From NCBI GenBank assembly GCA_947625765.1, contig CANQPP010000005.1:10656-74655 (forward strand): DNA of 64,000 nucleotides. The letters are read 5' to 3'. Within the stretch, counting starts at the first letter, position 1, and every line of letters begins with the position of its first letter. Origin of the DNA: an uncultured Clostridia bacterium. GTDB taxonomy: Bacteria; Bacillota; Clostridia; Christensenellales; UBA1750. Of the stretch, positions 8,532-17,142 are shown one piece after another. The notes beneath the pieces are model-generated. The model worked only from the letters and a program-made list of their open reading frames with translations, was not told the DNA's origin and searched no databases. A program made the translations under genes and the position numbers.

Positions 8532-10628
8532 ATGAAACCGTTCCTGGCCGTTTTTGTTTGTTTCTGTCTTGCCTTTAGCCTCTGCGCCTGCGAGGGGCTC
8601 GTTCCGTCGCAGACGCCCGCGGAAAGCCCCGCCGCCTCCTCCCGGCAGCTGACGATCACGGACGAGGACCGTCAGACCGAGATCGGCCCCACCGCCTGCC
8701 GCATCGTGTTCGGCGAGCAGGGCGCCGCGGCGGACGGCGGCTCCCACGTGCAGGTGGACGGCGGCGTGGTGCGCATCACCGGGCCCGGGCAATACGTGCT
8801 GGAAGGGGCCTGCGAAAACGGCCGCGTGCTGGTGGACGCGGGCAAGGACGACCTGGTGCAGCTGTTCCTGAACGGGCTTTCCCTGCAAAGCGCGGACGGC
8901 CCCTGCATCTGGGCCAGCCGCGTGGAAAAAATGGTGGTAACGCTCTGCGAGGGCACTGAAAATACGCTGACCGACGGCAGCGCCTACGCGAACGCGGACG
9001 CGGAGGACGCGCCCACCGCCGCCCTGTTCTGCCAGGACGATATGACGCTGAACGGCGAGGGCGTCCTGAATGTGCAGGGCAATTTTAAGAACGGCATCGC
9101 CTCGAAGGACGACCTGCTGATCCTGTCGGGGTCCTACACGGTCAGCGCCGCGAACGACGCCGTGCGCGGCCGCGATTCCCTGTCCGTCGCGGGCGGGAGC
9201 TTCACGCTGGAGGCGGTGGACGACTGCCTGGTCTCCAACAACGACGAGGATGCGAACAAGGGATGGGTGCTGCTGACCGGCGGCACGTTCGACTTAACGG
9301 CGGGCAGCGACGCGGTGCAGGCCGAGACCACGCTGGACATCTCCGGCGGCGAGTTCCGCATCGTCTCGGGCGGCGGCGCGGCTGCGGGCGAGGCGGCGGC
9401 GAACGACTCCTCCAGCCGGAAGGGCTTAAAGGCCGGCGGTGACCTCACGATCGAGGGCGGCCGCTTTGCGCTGGACTGCGCCGACGACGCCCTGCACGCG
9501 GGCGGCGGCGTGACGCTGGGCGGCGGCGAACTGGAAGTCGCCACCGGGGACGACGCCGTCCATGCCGACGGGACGCTCGCCATCCGGGGCGGGACGCTCA
9601 ACGTTACTTCCAGCCACGAAGGGCTGGAGGGGTGCGACGTGCACATCGAGGGCGGGCAGATCGAGCTCAACGCCCGGGACGACGGCATCAACGCGGCGGG
9701 CGGCTCGGACGGCGAGGACGCCTGGAGCGGCCCCTTCGGCGGGGACCGCTTCGCCGCGGGCGACCACAGCATCGTGATCAGCGGCGGCGAGCTGACCATC
9801 GTGACCGACGGCGACGGCCTGGATTCCAACGGCAACATCGAGATGAGCGGCGGCAGCGTGACCATCCACGGTCCCACGACCGGCGGCAACGGCTCGCTGG
9901 ACTTCGGCGGCAGCTTCCTGCTGTCGGGCGGCACGCTGGCCGCGGCGGGCAGCGGGGACATGCTGATGGCGCCGGACGAGGGCTCCGCACAGGCCACGCT
10001 GGTGGTGTACGCCACGACCTCCTTCCCCGCCGGGGAAACGGTGACGCTCGCGGACGACCAGGGCCAGAGCCTGCTGTCGATGGAAACGCGGGTGGTCAGC
10101 CAGGCGCTGATCCTAAGCGCGCCGGGGATGAAGGAAGGAGCGGTCTGCACGCTGAACATCGGCCAAAAGCAGCTGGAGCTGACGCTCACGGGCGCGGTCA
10201 GCGCCTTCGACGAGACCGGCGCAGAGACGGAGATCCGCGGCATGGGCGGTTTCGGGAAGGGCGGCTTCGGCGGCTTTGGCGACGGAGGTTTCGGTGAAGG
10301 CGGCTTCGGCGGGCGCGGTCCCGGCGGCCGCGGCGACGGAGGAGCTCGTCCCGGCATGCCCCAGCAGCCGGATGGCGATGCTCCGTCCGACCTGCCGCAG
10401 CTGCCGGACGGCGAAGCGCCGGCCCTGCCTTCCGATATGCCGCAGCCACCCGATGGAGAAGCCCCAGCGCAACCTTCAGGCATGCCCCAGCCCCCGGAGG
10501 GGGACGCTCCCGCAGCTCCCTCCGATATGCCGCAAGCGCCGCAGGGCGAAGCTCCGGCCCAACCTTCGGGCGGCACGCCCCAGCCGCCGGACGGCAGCGC
10601 GCCCGCGACCCCTTCCCCCGCGCCTTGA
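8532..10628 (+). CDS. Secreted or lipoprotein-anchored Cthe_2159-like beta-helix carbohydrate-binding protein with Gly-rich and Pro-rich repeat tail
   Basis: Signal peptide MKPFLAVFVCFCLAFSLCAC. Reiterated motifs (NDAVRG, SDAVQA, DDALHAGG, GDDAVHADG, DDGINAAG, GDGLDSNG) are typical of the PF14262-type parallel beta-helix family. The C-terminus has GGFG repeats and about six 14-aa MPQPPDGEAPAQPSG repeats. Confidence 0.6.
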   Translation: MKPFLAVFVCFCLAFSLCACEGLVPSQTPAESPAASSRQLTITDEDRQTEIGPTACRIVFGEQGAAADGGSHVQVDGGVVRITGPGQYVLEGACENGRVLVDAGKDDLVQLFLNGLSLQSADGPCIWASRVEKMVVTLCEGTENTLTDGSAYANADAEDAPTAALFCQDDMTLNGEGVLNVQGNFKNGIASKDDLLILSGSYTVSAANDAVRGRDSLSVAGGSFTLEAVDDCLVSNNDEDANKGWVLLTGGTFDLTAGSDAVQAETTLDISGGEFRIVSGGGAAAGEAAANDSSSRKGLKAGGDLTIEGGRFALDCADDALHAGGGVTLGGGELEVATGDDAVHADGTLAIRGGTLNVTSSHEGLEGCDVHIEGGQIELNARDDGINAAGGSDGEDAWSGPFGGDRFAAGDHSIVISGGELTIVTDGDGLDSNGNIEMSGGSVTIHGPTTGGNGSLDFGGSFLLSGGTLAAAGSGDMLMAPDEGSAQATLVVYATTSFPAGETVTLADDQGQSLLSMETRVVSQALILSAPGMKEGAVCTLNIGQKQLELTLTGAVSAFDETGAETEIRGMGGFGKGGFGGFGDGGFGEGGFGGRGPGGRGDGGARPGMPQQPDGDAPSDLPQLPDGEAPALPSDMPQPPDGEAPAQPSGMPQPPEGDAPAAPSDMPQAPQGEAPAQPSGGTPQPPDGSAPATPSPAP

Positions 10629-10742
10629 ACCATGGATTTCCCGGCTATTCACAAATGAACACAGGCACTATTTCCCGAATAATCTCAGCGCGAAACAAGG
10701 CCGCGGCATCTGCCGCGGCCTTGTTTCGCGCAATTCCTATAA

Positions 10743-12605
10743 TTAGCGGGAGAGCATCCTTTCCCTGCGGTCGTACATGTCCAGATAGGCTTCCTGCTTC
10801 CAGATCTCCAGCTGCCTGCGCAGCAGCTCCTGCCGCTCGGGCGTGGCCAGCAGGTCCACCACGAAGGGCGCATACTGCGTCCCCCTTTCCTCCCGCAGGA
10901 TCTCCAGCGCCTCGTCGAAGGGGACGACCGGGCGGTAGCGGCTGGCGGTCTCCTCGACGGAGGCGGCCAGCAGGTCCGACACGGCCACCAGGCAGATGAG
11001 CGGCGCGGCCTTGGGATCCCGGATGGAGAAGTCGTCCGGGTAGCCGTCCTTCCCGTCGAAGCTGCGGTGGTGGCCCCGGGCCACGTCCGCGAACAGCTCG
11101 GTGGAGGGGTGCTTGGCCAGCAGCTCCGCGCCGCACTCGGTGTGGAAGCGGATCAGCGCCTCCTCCTCCTCGAACAGGCCCCGGCAGGCGGAGGATTCCA
11201 GGTAGAGGAAGTGGACCATGCCCGTATCGTACAGCCTGCCCGCGCGCCCGGCCAGCTCGGCCAGCTCCTCCCTGTGCCAGACGGCGTCCTGGGGCGTCCG
11301 GCAGCCGGGCAGGCCGACCAGGGCCTCCGGGCAGTCGTCCGAGGCCCACAGGGCCAGCTCCCGGGCGATGCGGCCCGCGATCCACATGCGGATGTAGGTG
11401 GCCGCGTGCCGGGCCGCGAACACGTTCTGCAAAAGCTCGAAGAAGGACAGGCAACCGGGGAACTCCCGAAACACGTACAGGAACTCCCGAACGTAGAACA
11501 TGATGTGCTCGCTGTTCTCTCCCATGGGCGCGCGCACCAGCCAGCGGCACATGCGGTCGAGCATCGTATCCATGCGGGAGATGAACTTCGGCGTGTAGAT
11601 CTCCTCGCCGCCGAACTTGGCATAGCCCAGGAACATGCCCGGCAGGCCTAAGTGGCAGAAGATGCCCTGATCGCCCATATCCTCGTCGCTGCTGGCGGTG
11701 GAAAGGGCGTAGAACTTATCCAGCAGATCCTGCAGGGACATGGCCCCGCAGTGGTACAGGGCGGCGACGTAGGTATACTGCCAGCGGGGCTCCAGGGGCA
11801 CGCCGCGCTCGCGGGCGGTCCTTATCTGCTTTTCCTGCACCGCCAGGGCGGACTCCAGCACCTGGGCGAACACGTCCGGCCCGGCGTTGCCGGAGCGCAG
11901 GTAGCCAAGGAGCGTCGTGCGCTCCTGGTGGCTCTTGTAGAGGTAGAGGTCCCAGGGCAGGGACGGCGTCTTTGCGCGGATCTCCGGGTCGGTGATGAGG
12001 TCGATGGAGCGGGTGATGGCCTCCAGCTTGAGCCCGGCCGTATCGGGGTTCGTGGCGCTGTACCCAAGGGCGATGTTGCCGATGCTGCGGTGGATGTAGC
12101 CGCGGGTCTCGGGCTCCTCGATCTCATCGTAATCGGTGTCGAAGTGGGCGGCGTTTTCCTCGAAGCATTGGCGCATGGGCAGGGCGAAGAGCTGGTTCTC
12201 GCTGGGGCGCAGCATCGTGTCCATGTTGTAGAGGGACATGCCGACCAGGTACAGCTCCCGGATGACGGCGTCGCGGTCCTTCCTGCGGCGGGCGCGAGAA
12301 AGCAGGGCCGTGTGGATGCGGTAATGCAGGCCCACGTCCCTCTGGTCCACGCCGCTCATCAGCTTTCCGGCGAACTCCTCCAGAGCGGCGACCTCCTCGT
12401 CGGAGGCGGAAAGTATATCGCCCAGCACGGGAAACAGGTGCTCCCGGAGCAGCTCCGTGCCCCTTTGAACGGCGGAGCGGGAATCCGCGGCGGCCTTTTG
12501 GGCCTGTTCTACATACGTCTCCAGCCCTACTTCGCCCGCGGACGGTCCCTTGTTCTCCGCCACGAAGCGCAGCAGCTCCAAATACTCGCTCTGGTACGGC
12601 AGCAC
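10743..12605 (-). CDS. HD-GYP-type phosphohydrolase domain protein with a large uncharacterised N-terminal domain
   Basis: 620 aa. The C-terminal region has RGHHRSFDGKDGYPDDF (HHExxDGxGYP-like). GTG start with AGGAGG upstream. Confidence 0.7.
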   Translation of the reverse strand: MLPYQSEYLELLRFVAENKGPSAGEVGLETYVEQAQKAAADSRSAVQRGTELLREHLFPVLGDILSASDEEVAALEEFAGKLMSGVDQRDVGLHYRIHTALLSRARRRKDRDAVIRELYLVGMSLYNMDTMLRPSENQLFALPMRQCFEENAAHFDTDYDEIEEPETRGYIHRSIGNIALGYSATNPDTAGLKLEAITRSIDLITDPEIRAKTPSLPWDLYLYKSHQERTTLLGYLRSGNAGPDVFAQVLESALAVQEKQIRTARERGVPLEPRWQYTYVAALYHCGAMSLQDLLDKFYALSTASSDEDMGDQGIFCHLGLPGMFLGYAKFGGEEIYTPKFISRMDTMLDRMCRWLVRAPMGENSEHIMFYVREFLYVFREFPGCLSFFELLQNVFAARHAATYIRMWIAGRIARELALWASDDCPEALVGLPGCRTPQDAVWHREELAELAGRAGRLYDTGMVHFLYLESSACRGLFEEEEALIRFHTECGAELLAKHPSTELFADVARGHHRSFDGKDGYPDDFSIRDPKAAPLICLVAVSDLLAASVEETASRYRPVVPFDEALEILREERGTQYAPFVVDLLATPERQELLRRQLEIWKQEAYLDMYDRRERMLSR

Positions 12606-12657
12606 GCTTTTCTTCCCCCTCCTTTCGCTTGAAAAAACGCTTAGTTTTCCCTGTATA

Positions 12658-14595
12658 TCAGGCCTTTTTCTCCTCCGCCTCGCCTTTCAGGAAGCGGTGC
12701 ATGGCGTCAGAGAGGCTCTGCATGTTCACGGGCTTGGGCACGTGGGCGTTCATCCCGGCCCGCTTGCAGGCCCGGATGTCCTCCACAAAGGCGTTGGCGC
12801 TCATGGCCACGATGGGCACGGTGCGCCCGTCCTCCCTGGGCAGTGCGCGGATGGCCTTGGTGGCCTCGTATCCGTTCATGACGGGCATCTGTATGTCCAT
12901 GAAGATGAGGTCGTAGGTGCCCGCGGGCGCGTTTTGGAACTTCTCCACGGCCTCCTTGCCGTCCTCGGCGCAGTCGACGCTGGCGCCCAGCATGCCGATC
13001 AGCTCCTGGCCGATCTCGCGGTTGATCTCGTTATCCTCCACTAGCAGGACGCGGCTGCCCTCGAAGCTCTCCTCCTCCGGCTTTTCCTGCCCGGAGGCAG
13101 ACGCCCTGCCCTCGTCGGTGTAGGCGTAGAGTGCCTCGGCCAGGCGGGAGCGGAACAGGGGCTTGGGCACGAACGCGGACACGCCGTACTTGCGCATCTG
13201 GTCCTCGTTCAGCGTCCACTCGTAGGCGGACATGATGAGTATGGGCGTATCACTGCCCAGAAGGGAGCGCAGCCTGCGGCAGGCGCTGAGGCCGTCCACC
13301 ACGGGCAGCTTCCAGCCAAGCAGCACGGCGAAGTAGTCCTTTCCCTCCGCCTTGGCTCCTGCGGCCTTGTCCCATGCCTCCTGGGCTGTAAAGACCGCGT
13401 CGCACTCCATGCCCAGGTCGGACAAGATCTCCTTGAGGTTGTTGAGCGACGGCTCGTCCACGTCGGCGGCCAGCACGCGCAGGCCCCGCAGCGCGGAGAG
13501 CTCGGCCTCCGGGCCCTTCTCCTGCTCGAGCGGCAGCGTCACGGTGAAGCGGGTGCCCTTACCCAGCTCGCTCTCCACGGTGATCTCGCCGTTCATCAGC
13601 TTGACCAGGTTGTGGGTGATGGCCATGCCCAGGCCTGTCCCCTCCACGCGGTGCACGCTCTCGTCCCGCTCGAAGGGCAGGAAGATGCGCTCCAGGAACT
13701 CCCGGCTCATGCCGATGCCCGTATCCTGCACGCTGAACTCATAATAGGCGTATTCGCGCGGGGCGACGGGATCGCCCACTTCCCGCACGCGCAGGAAGAT
13801 GCTGCCGCCTTCGGGCGTGAACTTGACGGCGTTGGAGAGTATGTTGACCAACACCTGCTGTATGCGCATCTCGTCGCCGCGCACGCGCTCGTGGTGGATG
13901 CCGGTAAAGTCCAGCTCCACCTTCTGGCGCTTCTTGTCCGCCTGGGGACGGAACACGGCCATCAGGGAATGGATGAAGTCCGCCATGGTGAAGGACTCGC
14001 TGGCGACGGTCATCTTGCCGCTCTCGATGCGGGACATATCCAAAATGTCGTTGATGATGGCCAGCAGGTGCCGGGAGGACAGGCCGATCTTCTCCAGACA
14101 GTCCTCCACCCTCTCCCTTTCGCCGATGTGCGCCTGGGCGATGGTGGTCATGCCGATGATGGCGTTGAGCGGCGTGCGGATGTCGTGGGACATGTTGGAG
14201 AGGAAGTCCGTCTTGGCCTGGTTGGCGGCGTTGGCCGCGTCCAGCGCGCTCTGCAGGGCGGCCTTGGAGGCCTCGATCTGCTCCTGCTGGCGGCGCAGGT
14301 CCTCGCCCAGGTCGCGCAGCTGCAACAGGACCGTGCCGTCCGGGTAGCGGGTCGTGCGGGCGGCCAGCTCCAGCCCCCAGAGGACGCCGCGCCAGAAGGC
14401 CGTGCCCTCGTCCAGCTCCGGGCGCAGGATGTCCAACAGCTCCTGCTCCTTCTCGCCCACCATCGCCACGGCGGCCGCGTTGCGGTAAAGGACGCGCCAG
14501 GCGCCGCTCTCGTCCCTGCCCGTCAGGAACGCAGGCGAAGGCAGGGGATCGAACCAGGTCCCAACCCCTTGAAGCTTCTCGTCCGTCGCGCCCAT
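12658..14595 (-). CDS. Hybrid sensor histidine kinase with two receiver-like domains (the first degenerate)
   Basis: H-box FLSNMSHDIRTPLNAIIGM, HATPase_c (GTGLGMAI...GKGTRF), a REC-like domain 1 with Gly at the acceptor position (VLLGWKLPVVDG), and a canonical REC 2 (LIFMDIQMPVMNG). The ATG at 14595 (RBS GAAAGGGG) is preferred over the TTG at 14625. Confidence 0.85.
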   Translation of the reverse strand: MGATDEKLQGVGTWFDPLPSPAFLTGRDESGAWRVLYRNAAAVAMVGEKEQELLDILRPELDEGTAFWRGVLWGLELAARTTRYPDGTVLLQLRDLGEDLRRQQEQIEASKAALQSALDAANAANQAKTDFLSNMSHDIRTPLNAIIGMTTIAQAHIGERERVEDCLEKIGLSSRHLLAIINDILDMSRIESGKMTVASESFTMADFIHSLMAVFRPQADKKRQKVELDFTGIHHERVRGDEMRIQQVLVNILSNAVKFTPEGGSIFLRVREVGDPVAPREYAYYEFSVQDTGIGMSREFLERIFLPFERDESVHRVEGTGLGMAITHNLVKLMNGEITVESELGKGTRFTVTLPLEQEKGPEAELSALRGLRVLAADVDEPSLNNLKEILSDLGMECDAVFTAQEAWDKAAGAKAEGKDYFAVLLGWKLPVVDGLSACRRLRSLLGSDTPILIMSAYEWTLNEDQMRKYGVSAFVPKPLFRSRLAEALYAYTDEGRASASGQEKPEEESFEGSRVLLVEDNEINREIGQELIGMLGASVDCAEDGKEAVEKFQNAPAGTYDLIFMDIQMPVMNGYEATKAIRALPREDGRTVPIVAMSANAFVEDIRACKRAGMNAHVPKPVNMQSLSDAMHRFLKGEAEEKKA

Positions 14596-14693
14596 CGTGC
14601 CGCCCCTTTCCGCTCTTTTGTCCAAATCTTTGTCGTTCTTTTCTCGGGCTTACGGCCCGTATTTCTTGACCCTCTTATCCGGGATTTGGTAAT

Positions 14694-14722
14694 AGTATAG
14701 CGCACATCGCACCGCTTGTCTA
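14694..14722 (-). promoter_or_regulatory. Promoter candidate for the kinase/HD-GYP operon
   Basis: On the minus strand: TAGACA (14717-14722), 17 nt, TATACT (14694-14699). Confidence 0.45.
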
Positions 14723-14933
14723 GGAAAAGCGGCCCCTCTTGGGCAAAAAAGAGGCCACGCGCCTCCTTGATTTCCCTTTTCCCACCAAAATCACTGCCCG
14801 CCCGGGCACAGCTTTCACCAAAGCAGACGCTTCTCTTGCATCTTGCAGGAGCCGTTGACTTTTGCGCCTGCAAGCCGTAGACTGTTTACACAAGCACAGG
14901 CGGCCTCCGCCGTCCAAGAAAGGATGTTCAGAT

Positions 14934-15929
14934 ATGCCGGAATACGCCGCTGTCTTCCCCGCAGGTTTTGAATCCCTGATGCTGCGCCTGCCCCAATGGC
15001 TGCGCGGCGCACGGGTGCGAGGCACGGATGGCGGCATGGTGCGTTTTTCCTTTCCTGGCGATGAACGTGCCTTGCTTTCCCTTCCCTGTTTCGGCAACGT
15101 GTTTCACATCCTGTATACCTTTGACAGCGGCGCGTCCTTCGGTGCAATGGTCCGCCGGGTCGCGCGCCAGCACCCGCACACTGAAAAACCCAATGGCGGC
15201 TTCCGCATACGCTTTTGGCGGGAAGGCCGCTTTGTTTCCGTTGACGCCGCTATCATGCGGGAGGCGGAACTCTCCGTGCAGCATGCGCTGGGGCTGCGGG
15301 TCGACCGCGTCCATCCCGCGCGGGAATTTTGGTATATACTGCGCAGGGACGGAACGGGTTTCTACGCCCTGTTACTGCCTAAAAGACAAAATAAGACGAT
15401 TTTAAAAAAAGGGGAACTGCGTCCTGAGCTTGCCTACCTGCTCTGCTGCCTGGGCTCGCCGAAAAAAGGCGAATGCGTCTGCGATCCCATGGCAGGGCAT
15501 GGCGCCATTCCTCGGCAGCTATTGGAGCACTTCTCCTGCGCGAATGTCTATGCCTTCGATATCGACAAGGAGATGGCACGCGCGCTGAACGGACTGCGTC
15601 CCGGCAAGGGCGTGCAATACCGTTGTGGTGTGGGCGATGCGCGGCATCTGGATGATTTAGACGACGGCAGCCTGCATCTGATCGTCACCGATCCTCCCTG
15701 GGGCTCCTTTGATCGATCCCTCTCCAGCCATATACCCGCCTTTTATCGGGAACTGACGGCCTGCTTCTTCCGCAAACTCGTGCCGGGCGGCAGGCTGGTT
15801 CTGCTCACCGCACAGAAGGATGCGGCGACAGAGGCTATGTCACAAGCGGGCTTTCGGATGCAGGAGCGGCTGGACGTTCTTGTCAACGGCAAGAAAGCCG
15901 CCGTCTTCGCTGCGCTCAAGCCTCGCTAG
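14934..15929 (+). CDS. THUMP-like / class I SAM-dependent RNA (N2-G or N6-A type) methyltransferase
   Basis: LIVTDPPWG catalytic motif and DPMAGHGAI SAM-binding motif. The ATG at 14934 follows AAGAAAGGA. TTGACT-17-TAGACT lies upstream. Confidence 0.65.
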   Translation: MPEYAAVFPAGFESLMLRLPQWLRGARVRGTDGGMVRFSFPGDERALLSLPCFGNVFHILYTFDSGASFGAMVRRVARQHPHTEKPNGGFRIRFWREGRFVSVDAAIMREAELSVQHALGLRVDRVHPAREFWYILRRDGTGFYALLLPKRQNKTILKKGELRPELAYLLCCLGSPKKGECVCDPMAGHGAIPRQLLEHFSCANVYAFDIDKEMARALNGLRPGKGVQYRCGVGDARHLDDLDDGSLHLIVTDPPWGSFDRSLSSHIPAFYRELTACFFRKLVPGGRLVLLTAQKDAATEAMSQAGFRMQERLDVLVNGKKAAVFAALKPR

Positions 15930-16726
15930 TTCTCTCCCCGTGTCAGACGCACGGCCACCAGCTCCGGCCGGTTGTTGAGGCGCAGCGGGAAGGAGCTGTT
16001 GCCAAGGCCGCGGCTCACGACCATGCGGGTCTTTCCCATCGTGTGGATGCCCGCGGTCCTTCTGGGGAAGATGCCCTGATCCGGCGCGTATAGCCCGCCG
16101 ACGCCGGGCAGGCGGAACTGGCCGCCGTGGGCGTGGCCGCAGAACACCAGGTCGAAGCCCGCCGAGGCGTAGGCCTCCAGCCGCTCGGGCCGGTGGCTGA
16201 GCAGCACGCGAAACTCGCCTTGTCCCTTCCCGGCCAGGCGGGGAAGCAGCTCCGGCTCCCACTCGTGGAAACGGGGGTCCAGAACGCCGCAGAGGCGCAG
16301 GCCCTCCTTGGGGTACACGGCGCGCTCCTCCAGCAGGATCGCGCCCCTTTTTTGCAGCTCTGGCCGGAGGGACATATACCTCTCCCCGTGGGCCTCGTGG
16401 TTGCCGGGGACGAAATACAGCGGCGCGATGGCGGCGGCCCCTTCAATGAATTTCAGGGCGTTGCCCATGGGCCGACCGTTGACGAGGTCCCCGGTCACGA
16501 GGATGAGGTCCGGCGCGCAGGCGCGCATGGCGGCCAGCAGGCGCTTTTGTCCCCTGCCGAAGGCGCGGTCGTGCAGGTCTGACACCTGCGCAAGCACCAG
16601 CCCGTCCAGCCCCTCCGGGAGGTCCTTGTCCGCGACCGTGTACTGCGTGGTCACGAGCGCGCCGTTCTCGAACCTGCAAAAGAGGCAAAAGAGCAGCAGC
16701 GCCGCCGGAACGAGCAGCCAGAGCAT
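15926..16726 (-). CDS. Membrane-anchored metallophosphoesterase (YkuE-like)
   Basis: QVSDLHD, GDLVNG, GNHE and GHAHGGQ motifs. Start at MLWLL (16726) with AAGGAGG 7 nt upstream. Confidence 0.8.
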   Translation of the reverse strand: MLWLLVPAALLLFCLFCRFENGALVTTQYTVADKDLPEGLDGLVLAQVSDLHDRAFGRGQKRLLAAMRACAPDLILVTGDLVNGRPMGNALKFIEGAAAIAPLYFVPGNHEAHGERYMSLRPELQKRGAILLEERAVYPKEGLRLCGVLDPRFHEWEPELLPRLAGKGQGEFRVLLSHRPERLEAYASAGFDLVFCGHAHGGQFRLPGVGGLYAPDQGIFPRRTAGIHTMGKTRMVVSRGLGNSSFPLRLNNRPELVAVRLTRGEN

Positions 16727-16803
16727 GGCGTTTTCCTCCTTTTTGGGTGGCATGGAGCGGCTATACACGGCATAGCCATGGAAGCGGGGAGGTGGCGCAA
16801 GGC

Positions 16804-17037
16804 ATGACCTATTCGCAGCTCAAGCGCAAGGAAGTCGTCAACACCTGCGACGGCAGGCGGCTGGGGAACGTATGCGACCTGCACCTGTCCGACGACGGGC
16901 GCATTTTGGCTTTGGTGGTGCCGGGGAATTTCAGCCTGCAGACGCTGTTCAAGCCCGAGGGCTGTGTGATCCCCTGGAGCTCGGTGGTGATGATCGGCGA
17001 CGACGTGATCCTGGTGGACATCGGCAAGCCCGCCTGA
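16804..17037 (+). CDS. YlmC/YmxH family sporulation protein (PRC-barrel)
   Basis: MTYSQLKRKEVVNTCDGRRLGNVCDLHLSDDGRILALVV...VMIGDDVILVD. Start at 16804 after GGGGAGGTGG. Confidence 0.8.
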   Translation: MTYSQLKRKEVVNTCDGRRLGNVCDLHLSDDGRILALVVPGNFSLQTLFKPEGCVIPWSSVVMIGDDVILVDIGKPA

Positions 17038-17142
17038 ACGGGGCGGCATTTAAGCAGGCAGGGCCGCTTCCCGAAAAAGCGCATCCGGGTCGCGGCCCTG
17101 GTCGTTTGGTTTATACTATGCGGGCAGGCGGCGCTTTATTTC

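Noticed and set aside
10645-11550. 301-aa minus-strand ORF overlapping the HD-GYP gene in another frame
   Set aside because: Its composition is Arg/Pro/Gly-rich and it lies entirely inside the better-supported 620-aa frame (10743-12605), which carries the HD-GYP motif.
14740-14790. sRNA or mini-ORF ending at the hairpin GGCCTCTT..AAGAGGGGCC upstream of the kinase promoter
   Set aside because: I found no convincing promoter upstream on the minus strand. The 12-codon frame after AAGGAGG (GTG GCC TCT...) has no supporting feature. The hairpin may simply insulate the divergent promoters.
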